Notes under the pieces: model-generated
The model's input: only the letters and a program-made list of their open reading frames with translations
What the model was told of the DNA's origin: nothing
The model's database searches: none
IMG/VR virus record: IMGVR_UViG_3300025880_000959
Span: 1 to 28,524 of that record
DNA from: a virus
Taxonomy: Duplodnaviria > Caudoviricetes
Strand: one strand, 5' to 3'
Length of the DNA: 28,524 nucleotides
Translations under genes and position numbers: made by a program
Shown: positions 25,826 to 28,524 of the stretch, piece by piece
Layout of the letters: each line of letters begins with the position of its first letter
Position numbering within the stretch: the first letter of the stretch is position 1

Positions 25826-26454
25826 AATAATACTTTTACTTTAATGTCTTTTTGTTTATAATCTTGTCGATATATTTCAGGAGGAAGATCAATATGTAAC
25901 CAATCTGATAATTGAATGTTATTGTATACTTCTGTGCCTTTGTGTTTATACCAAGAAGTCATTATATCTTTGTTTTGTTCAGTAATGATCTTGGACATCT
26001 CTTTCAAGTTCTTATAGTATTTATGATATAGAGGGTATGTGATATCAAAATGTCCACACTTTACCCACCAACCTAAACATGCGTCATCATCTCTGTGAAC
26101 TAATATAATAGGACAGTCTGGCCAGTTCTCTTTGAGAAAATCTATGTGATGTGCGAACACATGACTCTTAATTATTTTTACTTTGTCCTCATCTGCATTA
26201 GAGAAAGGACTGTCAAACTCTGCTTCACAAACTTCTTTAGAATAATTTGGTAGTTCGTCAAAGAAACCACCGAACTCCATACCTGGATCAAAATATGCAC
26301 CCAAATGCATTAATTCTTTTTCTCCACTAGCATCATGCCAATATAATCTATCTGGACTATAATCAGATGTATCGATTGACTTACTAAAATAAATGTTCTT
26401 ACATACACTACTCCATTTAGATCCTGGAGCTCCTGCTACAAATATATACTTCAT
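25822..26454 (-). CDS. P-loop sulfotransferase/kinase-like protein
   Basis: YIFVAGAPGSKWS, IIKSH and IILVHR; start revised to MKYIF at 26454. Confidence 0.6.
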   Translation of the reverse strand: MKYIFVAGAPGSKWSSVCKNIYFSKSIDTSDYSPDRLYWHDASGEKELMHLGAYFDPGMEFGGFFDELPNYSKEVCEAEFDSPFSNADEDKVKIIKSHVFAHHIDFLKENWPDCPIILVHRDDDACLGWWVKCGHFDITYPLYHKYYKNLKEMSKIITEQNKDIMTSWYKHKGTEVYNNIQLSDWLHIDLPPEIYRQDYKQKDIKVKVLL

Positions 26455-26455
26455 A

Positions 26456-27007
26456 CTAGTCCCACAATCCCTCAAAATATTTCCCAAACAGTTTGAAGCC
26501 GTTTGTGATACGCTCTTGGTATGCTGTGCGTCCTTCCCAATCAATTTTAAATGTATCGTTAGGACCTTTGACCATTTCACTATGGCCTTTGTGTTTACCT
26601 TCAGTTATGTCAATCCACTGAACATCGTGTTCACCTGAGTGGAACTGCTCTTCCCAATCGTTATGTTTGCTTTCAAAGGCAAAGATCATTTCATCCATCA
26701 CCCAATCCCAGCGTTCAAAGAACTTGCTGTCAGTCTCACCATTTTTAGTGTATGCTGTTAGTTCTTTCTTAGTAGGACGCAACTCTGCAGGTACATCTTC
26801 AGGGTACACATACGGAGAACCGTGCTTGGTCTCTTTGAGTTGCTTGAGCATTGGCAAGATAATATATGCAAGAGTGTGATCCATGCTCCACGTATCAAAG
26901 TTATCAATACGAACTGATACTTTCTGTTCGTTGGTAATGCCCAACTTATATAGAAAGTTGTGATACCAACGATGTTTTGGATACCCGCCAATTTTAACTT
27001 TCATCAC
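26456..27007 (-). CDS. Conserved-looking phage hypothetical protein
   Basis: 183-aa Trp-rich ORF (DTWSMDHTLA, RWDWVMDEMIFAF, LFGKYFEGLWD) with GAGG SD. Confidence 0.75.
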   Translation of the reverse strand: MMKVKIGGYPKHRWYHNFLYKLGITNEQKVSVRIDNFDTWSMDHTLAYIILPMLKQLKETKHGSPYVYPEDVPAELRPTKKELTAYTKNGETDSKFFERWDWVMDEMIFAFESKHNDWEEQFHSGEHDVQWIDITEGKHKGHSEMVKGPNDTFKIDWEGRTAYQERITNGFKLFGKYFEGLWD

Positions 27008-27029
27008 TCTACCTCTACAAATATATACT

Positions 27030-27695
27030 TCATATATTTCTCTCTTTCTTTGTTCTAATACCGTCTAACACTTCTTTGTCAAGCCAATATTCATCTACAT
27101 ACTTGACATACTTGTGATTTGCATCTTCATTAATGAACTTCATCATATCTGGATTGTCATGTGCAATTGGAAAGTCTAAGACTTTGCTGATATACTTTAG
27201 ATAGTGAGACTTGTGTAAGAAGAATGCTTCATGGTCTAAGAAATGTGTGTTATAGTCTAACAGATTGTCATAGTAATAGTCAAGTGCTATGGGCATAGTG
27301 ACTTCTTTTCTGACTCTAAGTTGTTGTGCTTCGTTGATGTTCTTGTCTCTAACGATGATACCGATAGTAACGTCAATGCCTAACTGAATACATTCATCTG
27401 CAAATTCTTTGATCTTAGGAACGTAACGTACACCATCATACATGAAAGGACAACTGACATTTGCTACCCAATAGTCATGTTCACTGAAGTCAAAGTCTTT
27501 TAAACGTTCTGGATAGACCCAATACTCAGCAAATGTTTCTTCATCACTAGGTACCCAATACTTGTCATGTAATTCTTTCCAACCACCTACGTCATCATGT
27601 AGACTAAACAGTCTACTGAATAGATGATTACCAGACCCTTGAGGTCCTGTGATGATTAAGAGTTTCTTATTTGTGATATCGTTGCTGTCCAACAT
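27030..27695 (-). CDS. P-loop sulfotransferase/kinase-like protein
   Basis: LLIITGPQGSGNHL and IIVRD resemble the 5'-PSB and 3'-PB regions. Confidence 0.6.
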   Translation of the reverse strand: MLDSNDITNKKLLIITGPQGSGNHLFSRLFSLHDDVGGWKELHDKYWVPSDEETFAEYWVYPERLKDFDFSEHDYWVANVSCPFMYDGVRYVPKIKEFADECIQLGIDVTIGIIVRDKNINEAQQLRVRKEVTMPIALDYYYDNLLDYNTHFLDHEAFFLHKSHYLKYISKVLDFPIAHDNPDMMKFINEDANHKYVKYVDEYWLDKEVLDGIRTKKERNI

Positions 27696-28335
27696 AAGTC
27701 CTGATCTTTAATGGATTAACTTCGTCTGTAGGACCTGTGCCACTGTCTGGAGACCATACAAAGACAATTACATCTTCATCTTCACAGATAAAGTTATGTA
27801 AACAGTTTCTACGCATAAAGAATATCTCTCCTTCATTGATATCATAGAACTCTTTGTTATCTAATTCTATTTTGCCGTTGCCTCTGATGACTAGGCCAAC
27901 TCTGTGAGAAGGATGCGTGTGTAATGTTTGATACATATGAGCAGGGAAATGCACATAGTTAATAACTGGGTCGCCTAGTCTGCCTGGATTGATAGCAGTA
28001 GTATTCGTACCACCGTCCATGTAACTTAAGTTACCCATGTCTAAACATTCTTGTATAAAGATACGAGTTTCTAATAAACTAAGTCCAGGAAAATCAACGA
28101 TACATGCAGAACTGTTTTCTCCACATGATACACTGAAAGCATCTCTTGTATTGACACATCCATACTTGTATGATAATGAGATGTCTTTGCTATCAAAACT
28201 AGCATTTCTCATCATAACATATGCCATGCCGATTGGCGTATAACTTTTAACTTCGTGGGATTCTACTTTAATAATTTTCAGATTCCAGCGATCTTTTATA
28301 TCTAACTCTCCGAAAACGTTTGTCATACCTTTCAT
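27667..28335 (-). CDS. Cupin-domain protein
   Basis: QTLHTHPSHRVGLVIRGNG, GEIFF and LHNF. Confidence 0.75.
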   Translation of the reverse strand: MKGMTNVFGELDIKDRWNLKIIKVESHEVKSYTPIGMAYVMMRNASFDSKDISLSYKYGCVNTRDAFSVSCGENSSACIVDFPGLSLLETRIFIQECLDMGNLSYMDGGTNTTAINPGRLGDPVINYVHFPAHMYQTLHTHPSHRVGLVIRGNGKIELDNKEFYDINEGEIFFMRRNCLHNFICEDEDVIVFVWSPDSGTGPTDEVNPLKIRTYVGQQRYHK

Positions 28336-28524
28336 TTTATTAAACTCCTTAGGTCTGAGGGTAACACTGCTTCTTCCATTCTTTCAGGATGCCAAACTAT
28401 TCCCCAAACTTGTCTGTTTTTATGTTTAAATGCTTCGATACTACCATCGTCTGCATGAGCAATCGCATTTAAGTCTGCACCAACTTCTTTAATTTGATTC
28501 ATATGAAAACTATTTACTTCATAT
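28332..28524 (-). CDS. Class I glutamine amidotransferase / peptidase C26 (PuuD-like), C-terminal part
   Basis: Not in ORF track. Manual translation YEVNSFH...ADDGSIEAF...WGIVWHPER...* ends in ATGA overlap with the cupin gene. Confidence 0.85.
   Translation of the reverse strand, partial: YEVNSFHMNQIKEVGADLNAIAHADDGSIEAFKHKNRQVWGIVWHPERMEEAVLPSDLRSLIK

Noticed and set aside
1278-28243. Many short plus-strand and alternate-frame ORFs in the track (e.g. 1278-1505, 1783-2076, 5817-6092, 10547-10936, 13926-14240, 16563-16760, 24302-24631, 26758-26991)
   Set aside because: They lie within or antisense to well-supported genes, lack motifs and SD sites, and have Ser/Leu/Phe-rich shadow composition.
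1-28524. Stop-codon reassignment, CRISPR array, tRNA genes, IS elements or long repeats
   Set aside because: TAA, TAG and TGA all end full-length genes; intergenic gaps are short and none showed repeat-spacer, cloverleaf or transposase signatures by eye.

Overview
AT-rich, gene-dense segment of a large T4-like (myovirus-type) phage genome, almost all on the minus strand. The host is probably proteobacterial, since the YggX, IscU and GuaC proteins resemble gammaproteobacterial ones. Core replication and repair genes (family B DNA polymerase, putative sliding clamp, RNase H/5'-3' exonuclease, UvsE) flank a ~12 kb 7-deazaguanine DNA-modification region. That region encodes FolE, QueD, a QueE with a split Cys motif, a 522-aa TGT/DpdA-like protein and a second T-fold protein with an LxxxHRHxF motif (DpdL-like). 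No QueC, QueF or ArcS is visible in the window. Interleaved are a GT-B glycosyltransferase, two cytidylyltransferase-family enzymes, a purine phosphoribosyltransferase, GMP reductase, 2OG-Fe(II) oxygenases and SGNH-like proteins. GalE, UDP-glucose dehydrogenase and Fe-S support genes (IscU, YggX) lie nearby. The best candidate for an undescribed system is a QueC-independent deazaguanine pathway coupled to a glycosylation/tailoring module. Also seen: a 592-aa late-promoter GP88-like Cys-triad protein with a Zn finger, a pair of small paralogous genes, several small coupled ORFs missing from the ORF track, and a clear set of sigma70-like and T4-late-like promoters, several implying leaderless mRNAs. 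All protein calls come from motif recognition by eye; no searches were run.
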